33,170 bases of DNA. It comes from Candidatus Methylomirabilia bacterium. Its GTDB lineage: Bacteria > Methylomirabilota > Methylomirabilia > Rokubacteriales > CSP1-6. The stretch spans positions 1-33,170 of the forward strand of contig JBGQHJ010000038.1 of the NCBI GenBank assembly GCA_041497895.1. The letters run 5' to 3'. Shown one piece after another: positions 1 to 9,216 of the stretch; the first letter of the stretch is position 1, and every line of letters starts with the position of its first letter. A program made the position numbers and the translations under genes. The notes beneath the pieces were generated by a model. The model had not been told where the DNA came from and made no database searches. It worked only from the letters and a program-made list of their open reading frames with translations.

Positions 1-1461
1 ATCGCGGCGGTGCGCGGCAAGCCCGAGGTGTTCGCCGAGTTCCGCAAGTCGGTGGCGCGGCAGACGCGGGGCTTCCGGGCGCCGGAGAACTGCATCAAGG
101 CGGTCGAGGCGGCGGTGAGCCTGCCGTTCGACCAGGGCCTGAAGCGCGAGCGCGAGCTGTTCCAGGAGCTGATCACCTCGCCCGAGTCCAAGGCCCAGCG
201 CTACTTCTTCTTCGCGGAGCGCGAGGCGGCCAAGATCCCCGACGTGCCGGCGGACACCCAGAGCCGGGAGATCAAGAAGGCGGCGGTGCTCGGCGCCGGC
301 ACGATGGGCGGCGGCATCGCGATGAACTTCGCCAACGCGGGCATCCCGGTGACGGTCGTCGAGGTGGCCCAGGACGCGCTCGACCGCGGTCTCGGCGTGG
401 TGCGGAAGAACTACGAGGCGACCGCGTCGCGCGGCCGGCTCACCATGCAGGACGTCGAGAAGCGCATGGGCCTGATCTCGGGCACCACCGACTGGAGCAA
501 GATCGCGGACGCCGACATCGTGGTGGAGGCGGTCTTCGAGGAGATGCCGATCAAGAAGGAGGTCTTCGGCAAGATCGACAAGATCTGCAAGCCGGGCGCG
601 GTGCTCGCGTCCAACACCTCCACGCTGGACGTGGACGAGATCGCCTCCGCCACGAAGCGGCCGGATAGCGTGATCGGCATGCACTTCTTCAGCCCCGCCA
701 ACGTGATGCGGCTGCTGGAAGTGGTGCGCGGCAAGAAGTCGGCCAAGGACGTGGTGGCCACCGCGATGAGCGTGGGCCGGCGGATCGCCAAGGTCCCGGT
801 GTGCGTGGGCGTCTGCTACGGCTTCGTGGGCAATCGCATGCTGCACCAGCGCGGCCGCGAGGCCGAGAAGCTGATCCTGGAGGGCGCGCTCCCGCACGAG
901 GTGGACAAGGTCCTCACCGACTTCGGCTTCCCGATGGGCCCGTTCGCGATGGGGGACCTCGCCGGCCTCGACGTGGGCTGGCGCATCCGCAAGGGCAAGG
1001 GCGTGAAGTCGGCGGTGGCGGACCGCATCTGCGAGATGGGCCGGTTCGGCCAGAAGACCGGCGCGGGCTACTTCCGCTACGAGAAGGGCGACCGCACCCC
1101 GATCCCGGATCCCGACGTGGAGAAGATCATCGTCGAGGTCGCGAGCGAGATGGGCATCACCCGGCGGAAGATCGGCGACGACGAGATCCTAGCCCGACTG
1201 CTCTACCCGATGGTCAACGAGGGCGCCAAGATCCTCGAGGAGAAGATCGCGATCCGGGCGAGCGACATCGACGTGATCTGGGTGTACGGCTACGGCTGGC
1301 CGGTCTACCGGGGCGGCCCGATGTTCTGGGCGGACCAGATCGGGCTAAGGACCATCCGCGACCGGATGCAGGAGTGGCGGAAGACGCAGGGCGAGGACTG
1401 GAAGCCGGCGCCTCTGCTGGACCGGCTCGCCACCGAAGGCAAGACGTTCACGGGGGCCTGA
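1..1461 (+). CDS. Multifunctional enoyl-CoA hydratase / 3-hydroxyacyl-CoA dehydrogenase (FadB/FadJ/PimF-like), 5'-truncated by window edge
   Basis: Open frame from base 1. End of crotonase domain (GLKRERELFQEL), NAD-binding GAGTMGGGIA, VEAVFEE, SNTSTL, catalytic GMHFFSPA, C-terminal GFPMGPF and GYGWPVYRGGP repeats. Confidence 0.93.
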   Translation: MAAVRGKPEVFAEFRKSVARQTRGFRAPENCIKAVEAAVSLPFDQGLKRERELFQELITSPESKAQRYFFFAEREAAKIPDVPADTQSREIKKAAVLGAGTMGGGIAMNFANAGIPVTVVEVAQDALDRGLGVVRKNYEATASRGRLTMQDVEKRMGLISGTTDWSKIADADIVVEAVFEEMPIKKEVFGKIDKICKPGAVLASNTSTLDVDEIASATKRPDSVIGMHFFSPANVMRLLEVVRGKKSAKDVVATAMSVGRRIAKVPVCVGVCYGFVGNRMLHQRGREAEKLILEGALPHEVDKVLTDFGFPMGPFAMGDLAGLDVGWRIRKGKGVKSAVADRICEMGRFGQKTGAGYFRYEKGDRTPIPDPDVEKIIVEVASEMGITRRKIGDDEILARLLYPMVNEGAKILEEKIAIRASDIDVIWVYGYGWPVYRGGPMFWADQIGLRTIRDRMQEWRKTQGEDWKPAPLLDRLATEGKTFTGA

Positions 1462-1466
1462 GCGCG

Positions 1467-2261
1467 GTGCGGGCCCTGGTGACGGGAGCGGCGAGCGGGA
1501 TCGGCCGGGCCACCTGCCTGCGCCTGGCACGCGACGCGCAGGCCGCCGGGCGCAAGGCCCAGATCGCGGCGGTGGACCTGGGCCCGTCCACCCCGCTCGA
1601 CGCCCTGGTGAACGATCTGGGGCATCTGGGCGCCGCCGCCCTGCCGCTTCACGGCGACATGGCGACGGCGGACGCGCCCGCGCGCGTCGTCGGGGAGGCG
1701 GTCGCGCGCTTCGGCGGCCTCGACGGCGTCGTGAGCAACGCGGGCGTGAACCGTCCGGGTCCGCTCGTCGACTACGCGGTCGAGGACTGGGACCGGATGT
1801 TCGCGGTGAACACGCGCGCGACGTGGCTGCTCGCCAAGGCGGCCCACGACGCGCTCGCCGCCTCGCGCGGGGCGATCGTGGCGGTGGCGTCGATGTCCGG
1901 CAGCAACACCCACGCCAACCTCGGTGCCTACGGGCCGAGCAAGGCCGCGCTCATCATGTTGGTGGCGGTGCTCGCGCAGGAGTTCGGGCGCGACGGCATC
2001 CGCGTCAACAGCCTCTCGCCCGGCATGGTGCGCACCGGGATGACCGAGAAGGTCTACGCCGATCAGGCGGTGGCCGCCGCGCGCGACGCGCTGGTGCCGA
2101 TCGGCCGCGTCGCGACGCCCGAGGACATGGCCGACGTCATCGCGTTCCTGCTCGGGCCCGACGCGCGCTACGTCAACGGGCACGATCTCGTCGCCGACGG
2201 CGGCGTGACCGGCAATCTCCTGGGACGGCTGCCCGGGCTCACGCAGATCACCCGGAGCTGA
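1467..2261 (+). CDS. Short-chain dehydrogenase/reductase (SDR)
   Basis: TGAASGIG Rossmann motif, SNAG, catalytic YGPSK (YxxxK), GIRVNSLSPG. GTG 1467 chosen (a CTG at 1458 overlapping the upstream stop is possible); the ORF-track extension to 801 overlaps the upstream gene. Confidence 0.92.
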   Translation: MRALVTGAASGIGRATCLRLARDAQAAGRKAQIAAVDLGPSTPLDALVNDLGHLGAAALPLHGDMATADAPARVVGEAVARFGGLDGVVSNAGVNRPGPLVDYAVEDWDRMFAVNTRATWLLAKAAHDALAASRGAIVAVASMSGSNTHANLGAYGPSKAALIMLVAVLAQEFGRDGIRVNSLSPGMVRTGMTEKVYADQAVAAARDALVPIGRVATPEDMADVIAFLLGPDARYVNGHDLVADGGVTGNLLGRLPGLTQITRS

Positions 2262-2264
2262 GGG

Positions 2265-2300
2265 CACTGTCAGCGGGCTGACTGCACGGGCCTGACAGTG
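2265..2300. repeat. Inverted repeat CACTGTCAG-N18-CTGACAGTG (possible enhancer/UAS or hairpin)
   Basis: Perfect 9-bp arms at 2265-2273 and 2292-2300; another TGACAG at 2315-2320; no U-tract; about 75-110 bp upstream of a sigma54-type promoter. Confidence 0.55.
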
Positions 2301-2336
2301 GCTCCGAGATGGCGTGACAGCCCCTCGACGGCCGGG

Positions 2337-2350
2337 AAGTAGCTGAAATC
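2337..2350 (+). promoter_or_regulatory. IHF-like box AAGTAGCTGAAATC upstream of sigma54 promoter
   Basis: 12/14 identical to the box at 9217-9230 (minus strand); both end 24 nt before TGGCAC. The reverse complement loosely resembles IHF consensus WATCAANNNNTTR. Confidence 0.55.
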
Positions 2351-2374
2351 ACAGGTTCGGTTCCACGCTCCGGT

Positions 2375-2390
2375 TGGCACCCGCCTCGCA
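2375..2390 (+). promoter_or_regulatory. sigma54 (-24/-12) promoter of SLT gene
   Basis: TGGCAC-CCGCC-TCGCA = GG-N10-GC; followed by SD GGAGG (2406-2410) and ATG 2418. Confidence 0.65.
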
Positions 2391-2417
2391 TGATGGACCT
2401 CAGCCGGAGGTCCTCGA

Positions 2418-3308
2418 ATGCTCGCCCGACTGCTCGAAATCTGGAACCGATATCGAGATGCCGATCGACGCCAGCTGCCGCTGTTTCCCGACTGGGAACG
2501 CGCGCAATGGCTCACGCCGCTACCGTCGGTGGTCGCCGCGCTCGGCTTGCTCGTTCTGTTCGCGGTGGGAACGCCGTCGACCGCGGAGCCGGAGCGCGTC
2601 GTCGCGCTCGCGGAGCCGGCGGAGGAATCAGAGGAGGTCGAGACCCCCGAGTACGATCTCGCCGCCATTCCCGATTACATCACGGCGGCCGCCCAGCGGC
2701 ACCGGCTCCCCGAGTCGCTCATCACCGCGGTCATCTCGGTGGAATCGGGCTTCGACCACGCCGCGATCTCCAGCAAGGGAGCGCGCGGGCTCATGCAGCT
2801 GATGCCGCAGACCTCCGCCATGATGGGGGTCCGCGACCCGCACAGCCCCGACGAGAACATCGATGCCGGCGCCAGCCACCTGCGCGCCATGCTCGACACC
2901 TTCAAGGGCGACTTGCCGCTCGCCCTCGCCGCCTACAACGCGGGCGAGCAGAACGTGGTCCGCTACCACGGCATCCCGCCCTACCCGGAGACGCGCCGCT
3001 TCGTCGCCCGGGTCCTTCGCAAGATGGGTGACAAGCAGGGAGCGGAGCGGGTGATGGCCAAGACCAGCATCCCGGCCCCGGTGTGGACCTCGCGCACCGC
3101 GCGCGCGGCCCCGGCGGTCCGGATGGCGGCCTCGCCGAGCGCCCGGCCGACCCTCGTGCCGCTGCCGGCGCCACGAACCGAGCGCGCCTCCCAGGTCGTC
3201 TTCCAGGAGGGCGAGCTCCAGCCCGCGGTCCGCACCTGGTCACCCGCCACCTCGGCTGGCGCGCCGATCCCGCCGGAGCCGACCGCCCCGCTCGCGCAGT
3301 CCCCGTAG
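2418..3308 (+). CDS. Membrane-anchored lytic transglycosylase (SLT domain) with Pro/Ala-rich tail
   Basis: N-terminal hydrophobic helix; SLT motifs VES (catalytic Glu), GARGLMQLMP, AAYNAG, YPETRRFV; SD GGAGG. Confidence 0.9.
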   Translation: MLARLLEIWNRYRDADRRQLPLFPDWERAQWLTPLPSVVAALGLLVLFAVGTPSTAEPERVVALAEPAEESEEVETPEYDLAAIPDYITAAAQRHRLPESLITAVISVESGFDHAAISSKGARGLMQLMPQTSAMMGVRDPHSPDENIDAGASHLRAMLDTFKGDLPLALAAYNAGEQNVVRYHGIPPYPETRRFVARVLRKMGDKQGAERVMAKTSIPAPVWTSRTARAAPAVRMAASPSARPTLVPLPAPRTERASQVVFQEGELQPAVRTWSPATSAGAPIPPEPTAPLAQSP

Positions 3309-3391
3309 TACTTCGGTCGCTCGCCTCCCGCCCGCCTCTTGCGCTACGATGGCCGAGCCCCGGCCATCGCGCGGGCGCGAAAGGAGCGAGC

Positions 3392-4684
3392 ATGCGATTC
3401 GGGGTCTTCTACGAGCACCAGCTGCCCCGTCCGTGGGTGGAGGGTAGCGAGCGGCAGCTCTTCCAGGACGCGCTGGCCCAGGTGGAGCTGGCCGATCGGC
3501 TGGGCATCGACTACGCGTGGGAGGTCGAGCACCACTTCCTGGAGGAATACTCCCACTCCTCGGCGCCCGAGGTCTTCCTGGCCGCGGCGTCGCAGCGGAC
3601 CCGCCAGATCCGCCTCGGGCACGGCATCGTTCTGATGCCGCCCGGCTACAACCACCCGGCCCGCGTAGCCGAGCGCCTGGCCACTCTCGACCTCGTCTCC
3701 AACGGGCGCGTGGACTGGGGCACCGGCGAGTCCGCCTCGCGCGCCGAGCTGGAGGGCTTCGGCATCGACCCGGCGGAGCGGCGAGCGATGTGGCGCGAGA
3801 CCACCGAGCAGGTCGCCAACATGCTCGCGCTGGACCCGTACCCCGGCTTCCAGGGCAAGTACTTCTCGATGCCGATCCGCAACGTGGTGCCGAAGCCGGT
3901 GCAGAAGCCGCACCCTCCGCTCTGGGTGGCGTGCTCCAATCGCGAGACCATCCATCTCGCGGCCCAGCTCGGGATGGGCGCGCTCACCTTCGCGTTCATC
4001 GATCCGGCCGAGGCCCGCCACTGGGTCGACGACTACTACGAGACGTTCAAGCGCGAGTGCGTGCCGATCGGCCACGCGGTCAATCCCAACGTGGCGATGG
4101 TGACCGGCTTCTCCTGCCATCCGGACGCGCAGGAAGCGCGGCGGCGCGGGATCGACGGCTTCCGCTTCTTCCAGTTCGCGCTGGGCCACCACTACGTCTT
4201 CGGCAGGCATCAGCCCGGCCGCACCGACATCTGGGACAAGTTCGAGCGGGTCCGGGCCGAGCTCGACCTCGACGTCCTGGGCGGCGGCACCGGCTGCATC
4301 GGCACCCCCGAGGAGCTGCGGGCCTCCCTGCGCGCCTTCGAGGACTACGGGGTCGACCAGACGATCTTCATCCAGCAGGGCGGCAAGAACCGCCACGAGC
4401 ACATCTGCGAGGCGCTCGAGCTGTTCGCCGCCTCCGTGATGCCCGAGTTCAAGGCCCGTGACGCCGAGCGCGCCGCAAGGAAGGCCGAGACCCTCGCCCC
4501 CTACGTGGCCGCGGCCTTCGAGCGGAAGCGGGCGATGGCCGGGCTCGCCGACGCCGACATCCCGGCCTACGAGGCCTACGGGCTCACCGTGACCCAGCCG
4601 ATCGATCTGGAGAAGATGCCGGAGGCCAACCGGCGTCGGATCCTGACCTTCCGGAGAATGCGGGAGATCATGGAGGGCCGCTAG
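3392..4684 (+). CDS. LLM-class flavin-dependent oxidoreductase (luciferase-like monooxygenase)
   Basis: MRFGVFYE start after AAGGAG; WEVEHHF, SAPEVFLAA, HPARVAERLATLDLVSNGRV, PKPVQKPHPPLW. Confidence 0.92.
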   Translation: MRFGVFYEHQLPRPWVEGSERQLFQDALAQVELADRLGIDYAWEVEHHFLEEYSHSSAPEVFLAAASQRTRQIRLGHGIVLMPPGYNHPARVAERLATLDLVSNGRVDWGTGESASRAELEGFGIDPAERRAMWRETTEQVANMLALDPYPGFQGKYFSMPIRNVVPKPVQKPHPPLWVACSNRETIHLAAQLGMGALTFAFIDPAEARHWVDDYYETFKRECVPIGHAVNPNVAMVTGFSCHPDAQEARRRGIDGFRFFQFALGHHYVFGRHQPGRTDIWDKFERVRAELDLDVLGGGTGCIGTPEELRASLRAFEDYGVDQTIFIQQGGKNRHEHICEALELFAASVMPEFKARDAERAARKAETLAPYVAAAFERKRAMAGLADADIPAYEAYGLTVTQPIDLEKMPEANRRRILTFRRMREIMEGR

Positions 4685-4689
4685 GCCGC

Positions 4690-6270
4690 ATGGCACCCGG
4701 CTCGGAGCCGATCCAGCCGCTGGGAGGCCGGCTCAGGCGCGTGGGGGAGATGCTCATCGGGCTCTCGGGCTCTCCCGTCCCGACCCATCTCTTCCAGACG
4801 CTCGCCGAGCAGGCCGAGACGGTGGTGCCGCACGACTACCTCGCGGTCTGCCTGGAGGACGCCGAGCAGCGGGGCTATCTCGTGCACTCGCTCTCCGGTC
4901 TCGTCGGCGAGCGGGTGGGCTCCCGGCTGTTCACCCGCGAGGAGGGACTGCCCGGGCGGACGATCCGCACCGGTCGCGCCTACCTCGTGGGAGAGCTCGA
5001 GCGCATCGCCGACGGCGCGCCCGATCTCGACGGGGTGCTCGTGCGCGCGGGCCTCCAGGCCGCCCTCGCGGTCCCGCTGCGGCGCGGGATGCAGATCCTG
5101 GGAGCGCTACTCTTCGCACGCCGCGCCGCGCCCTACACTCTCGACGACCTCGAGGTCGCGGCCCTGCTCGCCGCCGGGGTCTCGGGCGCGCTCGAGACCT
5201 GCCGCGCGTACCAGGCGCTGGCCGACGAGCGCGGGACCCTGGCCGCGATCCTGACCAGCACCGCCGACGCGGTGGTGATGGTCGGGCAGGACGGGCTCGT
5301 GCTCCTCGCCAACCCGGCCGCGCGCGCGATGCTGGGGGCGGCGCCGGAGTCCATGACCGGCCGGCCCTTCTTCGAGGCGGTCGAGCACGAGCCGCTGCGC
5401 CGTCTCTTCGAGATCGGACAGCCGGGCGTGGTGGAGCTGCCCCTGCCCGACGGGCGTACCACCCAGGCGAGCCTCGTGTTCGTCACCACCGAGTACGGCG
5501 AGCCGGTCGGCCTCGCCGCCATCCTGCGCGACATCACGCTGCTCAAGAACCTGGAGCAGATGAAGAACGACTCCGTCAACACGGTGTCCCACGATCTCAA
5601 GAGCCCGATCATGGCCATCGCCATGACCACCGAGCTCTTGATGAAGACGGTCCCGGCGACCGGCGAGGAGGCCTACCGCGAGCGCTGCCGCCGGATCCTC
5701 CGCAGCGCGAACCAGATGACCGAGCTCGTGACCGACCTCCTGGACCTGGGCAAGATCGAGGCGGGGCTCGAGGGGCCCGGCGAGCCGATCGACCTGGTCG
5801 CCCTGATCGGCGAGGCGGTGATGGCCGTCGCCGCGCCCGCGGAGGCCACGCGCGTCGCCATCGCGGTCGAGGCGCCGGCCACTGCGCTCGTCACGGGCGT
5901 GCGGGCCCGGCTCGCCCAGGTTCTCGGGAACCTCATCGGCAACGCGGTCAAGTACACGCGAGACGGAGGGCAGGTCCGGGTCGTGGTCGAGCCGGCCGCC
6001 CCGCTCGGGGGCGCGCCGATCCGGGTCCGCGTCGTCGACACCGGCATCGGCATCCCGGCCCGCGACCTGCCGCACGTGTTCGACAAGTTCTACCGGGTCA
6101 AGAACGACTCCACCGCGGGCATCTCCGGCACCGGTCTCGGTCTCGCCATCACCCGGAGCATCGTGGAGGCGCACCGCGGCCGCATCGGCGTGGAGAGCAT
6201 CGAGGGAGCCGGCAGCACGTTCTGGGTGGAGCTGCCGGTGGCGCCGGCCGGCGCCGACCGCGCCGCGTGA
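4690..6270 (+). CDS. Cytoplasmic GAF-PAS sensor histidine kinase
   Basis: GAF (ALAVPL..GALLF), PAS (LANPAARAMLG), H-box VSHDLKSP, N-box NLIGNAVKY, G1 DTGIG, F-box FDKFY, G2 GTGLGL. Confidence 0.92.
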   Translation: MAPGSEPIQPLGGRLRRVGEMLIGLSGSPVPTHLFQTLAEQAETVVPHDYLAVCLEDAEQRGYLVHSLSGLVGERVGSRLFTREEGLPGRTIRTGRAYLVGELERIADGAPDLDGVLVRAGLQAALAVPLRRGMQILGALLFARRAAPYTLDDLEVAALLAAGVSGALETCRAYQALADERGTLAAILTSTADAVVMVGQDGLVLLANPAARAMLGAAPESMTGRPFFEAVEHEPLRRLFEIGQPGVVELPLPDGRTTQASLVFVTTEYGEPVGLAAILRDITLLKNLEQMKNDSVNTVSHDLKSPIMAIAMTTELLMKTVPATGEEAYRERCRRILRSANQMTELVTDLLDLGKIEAGLEGPGEPIDLVALIGEAVMAVAAPAEATRVAIAVEAPATALVTGVRARLAQVLGNLIGNAVKYTRDGGQVRVVVEPAAPLGGAPIRVRVVDTGIGIPARDLPHVFDKFYRVKNDSTAGISGTGLGLAITRSIVEAHRGRIGVESIEGAGSTFWVELPVAPAGADRAA

Positions 6271-6277
6271 GCCGGGG

Positions 6278-9163
6278 CTAGGCCTCGGCGGGTCGAATCA
6301 CCGGAAGTCGCAGCGTCACCACGGTGCCCCGCTCGGGGGCGGGAGCGATCTCGAGGTCACCCCCGTGGCGGCGGAGGAGGCCGTACGCCACGTTCAGCCC
6401 GAGGCCCTTGTGCTCGCCGGCCTTGGTGGTGAAGAAGGGCTCGAGCGCCCGGCGCTCCGCGTCGGGGGTGAGGCCCAGGCCGTCGTCGCGGACGGTGCAG
6501 AGGACGTGCGACCCGGCTTCCCGTGTGTCGACCGTGATGGTGCCGCCTTCCGGGAGCGCCTCGATCGCGTTCATCAGCACCACCGTCACCGCCTCGATGA
6601 GTACCGAGGCCTCGCCGGCCACCGCGGGCAACGCCCCGCGATCGAAATTCACCTGGACGTGGCGCGCGGCGGGCCCTTCTCCGATGGTGCAGCAGGGGCG
6701 GGTCGCCTCGATCGCGGACCGCACGACCTCGTTGAAGTCGAGCGGCGGCGCCGTGGTCAGGGCGCGCACCTCGGCGAAGGACTGCAGCCGCTTGAGCACC
6801 TTGGCCGCCTCCTTGACCGTGGTCTTGATGGTGGCGAGCTGGTCGTGGCCCGGGGTGCCCTCGAGCTGGGGCAGCACCACCTGCACCTTCCCCATGATCA
6901 TCTGCAGCACCTGGCGGACGTAGTCGGTCACGCCGTCGGTGAGCGAAGCGATCGCGCGTAGCCGCTCGGTCTCGATGAGCTCGTGCTGCGCGGCCCGCAC
7001 GTCGTCGAGGGCGGTCTGCAGCCCCTGGTAGAGATGGCTGTTCTCGAGGGCGACCGCCGCCTGGTCCGCGAACGCCCGCGCCAGCGCGATGTCCTCGCCG
7101 GTCCAGTTGCGCCCGGTGCGGTCCCGGGCCATCACCGCGCCGACCACGCGCCCCTGTACGAGCAGCGGCAGGGCGAGGGCCGCCCCGTGGCCGCTCGCGG
7201 TCACCTCCGCGCGGGCTTCCGCGCTCAGCACCACCCGCGGATCTTCGAGCAGGTCCGCGGTCGGGACGGGCTGCCGCGTGGTGGCGGCCACGCCCTCGAG
7301 CCCGGCGCCCCGGGGCAGGACCGGGTCGGCGTGGAGCGCCGATCCTCCACTCGCCGAGACCGCCACCCGCACGAGTGCCCACGTCTCCGGATCCAGCCGG
7401 TAGACCGCCGCGGCGTGCGCCTCGAGCAGGCCGACCACCCCGTCGGCGATCTGCCGCCCCAGCTCGGTGAAGGTCAGCGACTGCGGCACGCTCCGCGCCA
7501 CCGCCGCGAGGCGCTCCGCGATGTGGCGGCCCCGCTCGGTCTCGGTGAAGAGCTGGGCGTTGCGCAGCGCGAGCGCGGCCTGGTCGCCGAAGACGGCCAG
7601 CAGGTGCTGCTCCTCGCCGGAATACACGCGGTCCGGATCGCTGCCCACCATGAGCGCGCCCAGCACCTGGTCGTGCCCCATGAGGGGCACCGCGATCACC
7701 GACTGGCCCGCCTCCTCCACGAAGGGCTCGGCGGCCCGCTCGGCCGCGGGGCCGTCGGTCAGCGCGCCCTCGGACGCCACCAGGCGCCGCGCGTTCACCG
7801 CGAGCCAGGCGATCCCGGCGCCGGCCGGGAGATGACAGCCGACCCACTTGGCCGCGTCGGCCGGACCGGCCGCGGCCACGCAGACCAGCGTGCGGGAGGT
7901 GGGCTCGAGCTCGTAGAGCACCGCGCGCCGGGCCCGGAAGACGTCGAGCACCGCGCGCACGATCCGGGGCGCGATCTGGTCGACGTCGAGCGTGCCCAGG
8001 AGCTCGTGGCCGACCTGGGCCAGGGCCCGCGCGGTGCGCTCCGCGCGAAGCCGGCCGCTGATGTCGCGCGCGGTGGAAGACGCGCCCGTGACGCGGCCGC
8101 TCGTGTCCTTGATCGGCGAGACGGTCAGGGACACGTCCACCCGACGGCCCGCCTTGGTGAGGCACACCGTCTCGAAGTTGCTGATCCGGTGCCCGTGGTG
8201 CAGGCGGACCAGGATGCCGGGCAGCTCGTCGCGCCGCTCCGGCGGCACGATCAGCGAGACCGAGCGGCCGATGGCTTCCTCCGCGGAGTAGCCGTAGAGC
8301 CGCTCCGCGGCCGGGTTCCAGCTCACGATCCGGCCCTCGAGCGTCCGGCCGACAATGGCGTCTTCCGACGACTCCACGATGGAGGACAGCAGCGCCTGCA
8401 CCGCCTGAGACTGCTTGCGCTCGGTGATGTCGCGGGCCACCGCGAGCCGGCCGACCACGAGGCCGTCGCGCACGATGCTGGTGCAGGTCATCTCGACCGG
8501 GATCCGGCGGCCGTCTCGGCGCACCACCTGGCACTCGAACTGGGGCGTGACCTTGCGCCCGGCCCGCACCGATTCCAGCCGCTCGCGGACGAGCACCGCG
8601 CCGGCGCGGTCGAGGACCGAGAAGATCGGACGCCCGATGAGCTCGTCGGAGCGGAAACCGGTGATCTGCTCGCCGTACGCGTTCACCAGGGCCAGGCCGC
8701 CCTCCAGGTCGAGGAGGAAGAGCGCCTCGGTCATGCTCTCGGTGATCAGGCGGTACCGCTCCTCGGAGTCGCGCAGGGCGCGCAGCAGGCCCTTGCGGGC
8801 AAGCGCGCGGTCCACGGTGGACAGGAGCTGGGCGGTGTCGACCGGCTTCACCAGGTACGAGGACGCGTCGCCCGCCATCGCGGCGAGGGCGCCGTCGAGC
8901 GAGGCGTGCCCGGTGATCAGGATGACCTCGGTCTCGGGCGAGCGCGTCTTGATGCTGCGCAGCAGGTCGAGGCCGGAGATGTCCGGGAGACGGCAGTCGA
9001 CGATGGCCAGGTCCACCGGTCTCGGTTGGCCGATACGATCGAGGGCATCCTGGCCGCGGTCGACCCGGTCCACGTGGTGGCCGTGGTCCCGCAGGACGTC
9101 GCCCACGGTCTCCCGGACGACCGGGTCATCGTCGATGACGAGGATGTCGGCGCCGGAGGCCAT
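6278..9163 (-). CDS. REC-PAS-PAS-GAF-GAF histidine-kinase-like protein lacking the phospho-accepting His (pseudokinase candidate)
   Basis: Intact receiver (IDDD, IVDCRLP, ITG, YLVKP), two PAS/PAC, two GAF, HATPase (MNAIEA, DDGLG, EPFFTTK, KGLGL). H-box position reads GVTDYVRQ instead of GVAHDFNN. Confidence 0.88.
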   Translation of the reverse strand: MASGADILVIDDDPVVRETVGDVLRDHGHHVDRVDRGQDALDRIGQPRPVDLAIVDCRLPDISGLDLLRSIKTRSPETEVILITGHASLDGALAAMAGDASSYLVKPVDTAQLLSTVDRALARKGLLRALRDSEERYRLITESMTEALFLLDLEGGLALVNAYGEQITGFRSDELIGRPIFSVLDRAGAVLVRERLESVRAGRKVTPQFECQVVRRDGRRIPVEMTCTSIVRDGLVVGRLAVARDITERKQSQAVQALLSSIVESSEDAIVGRTLEGRIVSWNPAAERLYGYSAEEAIGRSVSLIVPPERRDELPGILVRLHHGHRISNFETVCLTKAGRRVDVSLTVSPIKDTSGRVTGASSTARDISGRLRAERTARALAQVGHELLGTLDVDQIAPRIVRAVLDVFRARRAVLYELEPTSRTLVCVAAAGPADAAKWVGCHLPAGAGIAWLAVNARRLVASEGALTDGPAAERAAEPFVEEAGQSVIAVPLMGHDQVLGALMVGSDPDRVYSGEEQHLLAVFGDQAALALRNAQLFTETERGRHIAERLAAVARSVPQSLTFTELGRQIADGVVGLLEAHAAAVYRLDPETWALVRVAVSASGGSALHADPVLPRGAGLEGVAATTRQPVPTADLLEDPRVVLSAEARAEVTASGHGAALALPLLVQGRVVGAVMARDRTGRNWTGEDIALARAFADQAAVALENSHLYQGLQTALDDVRAAQHELIETERLRAIASLTDGVTDYVRQVLQMIMGKVQVVLPQLEGTPGHDQLATIKTTVKEAAKVLKRLQSFAEVRALTTAPPLDFNEVVRSAIEATRPCCTIGEGPAARHVQVNFDRGALPAVAGEASVLIEAVTVVLMNAIEALPEGGTITVDTREAGSHVLCTVRDDGLGLTPDAERRALEPFFTTKAGEHKGLGLNVAYGLLRRHGGDLEIAPAPERGTVVTLRLPVIRPAEA

Positions 9164-9176
9164 GCCCGCGTGAATG

Positions 9177-9192
9177 TGCACGGGAAGTGCCA
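9177..9192 (-). promoter_or_regulatory. sigma54 (-24/-12) promoter of the pseudokinase gene
   Basis: Minus strand TGGCAC-TTCCC-GTGCA = GG-N10-GC, ending 13 nt before ATG 9163. Confidence 0.65.
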
Positions 9193-9216
9193 GCCCCGCG
9201 CGCTCGAGATGCGCAG

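Noticed and set aside
801..1466. Upstream extensions of the SDR, and likewise of the LLM (3083), SBP (12751), cupin (13180), dehydrogenase (32655) and CMD (33125) ORFs
   Set aside because: They overlap neighbouring real genes; family motifs and, where present, SD sequences mark the downstream starts used.
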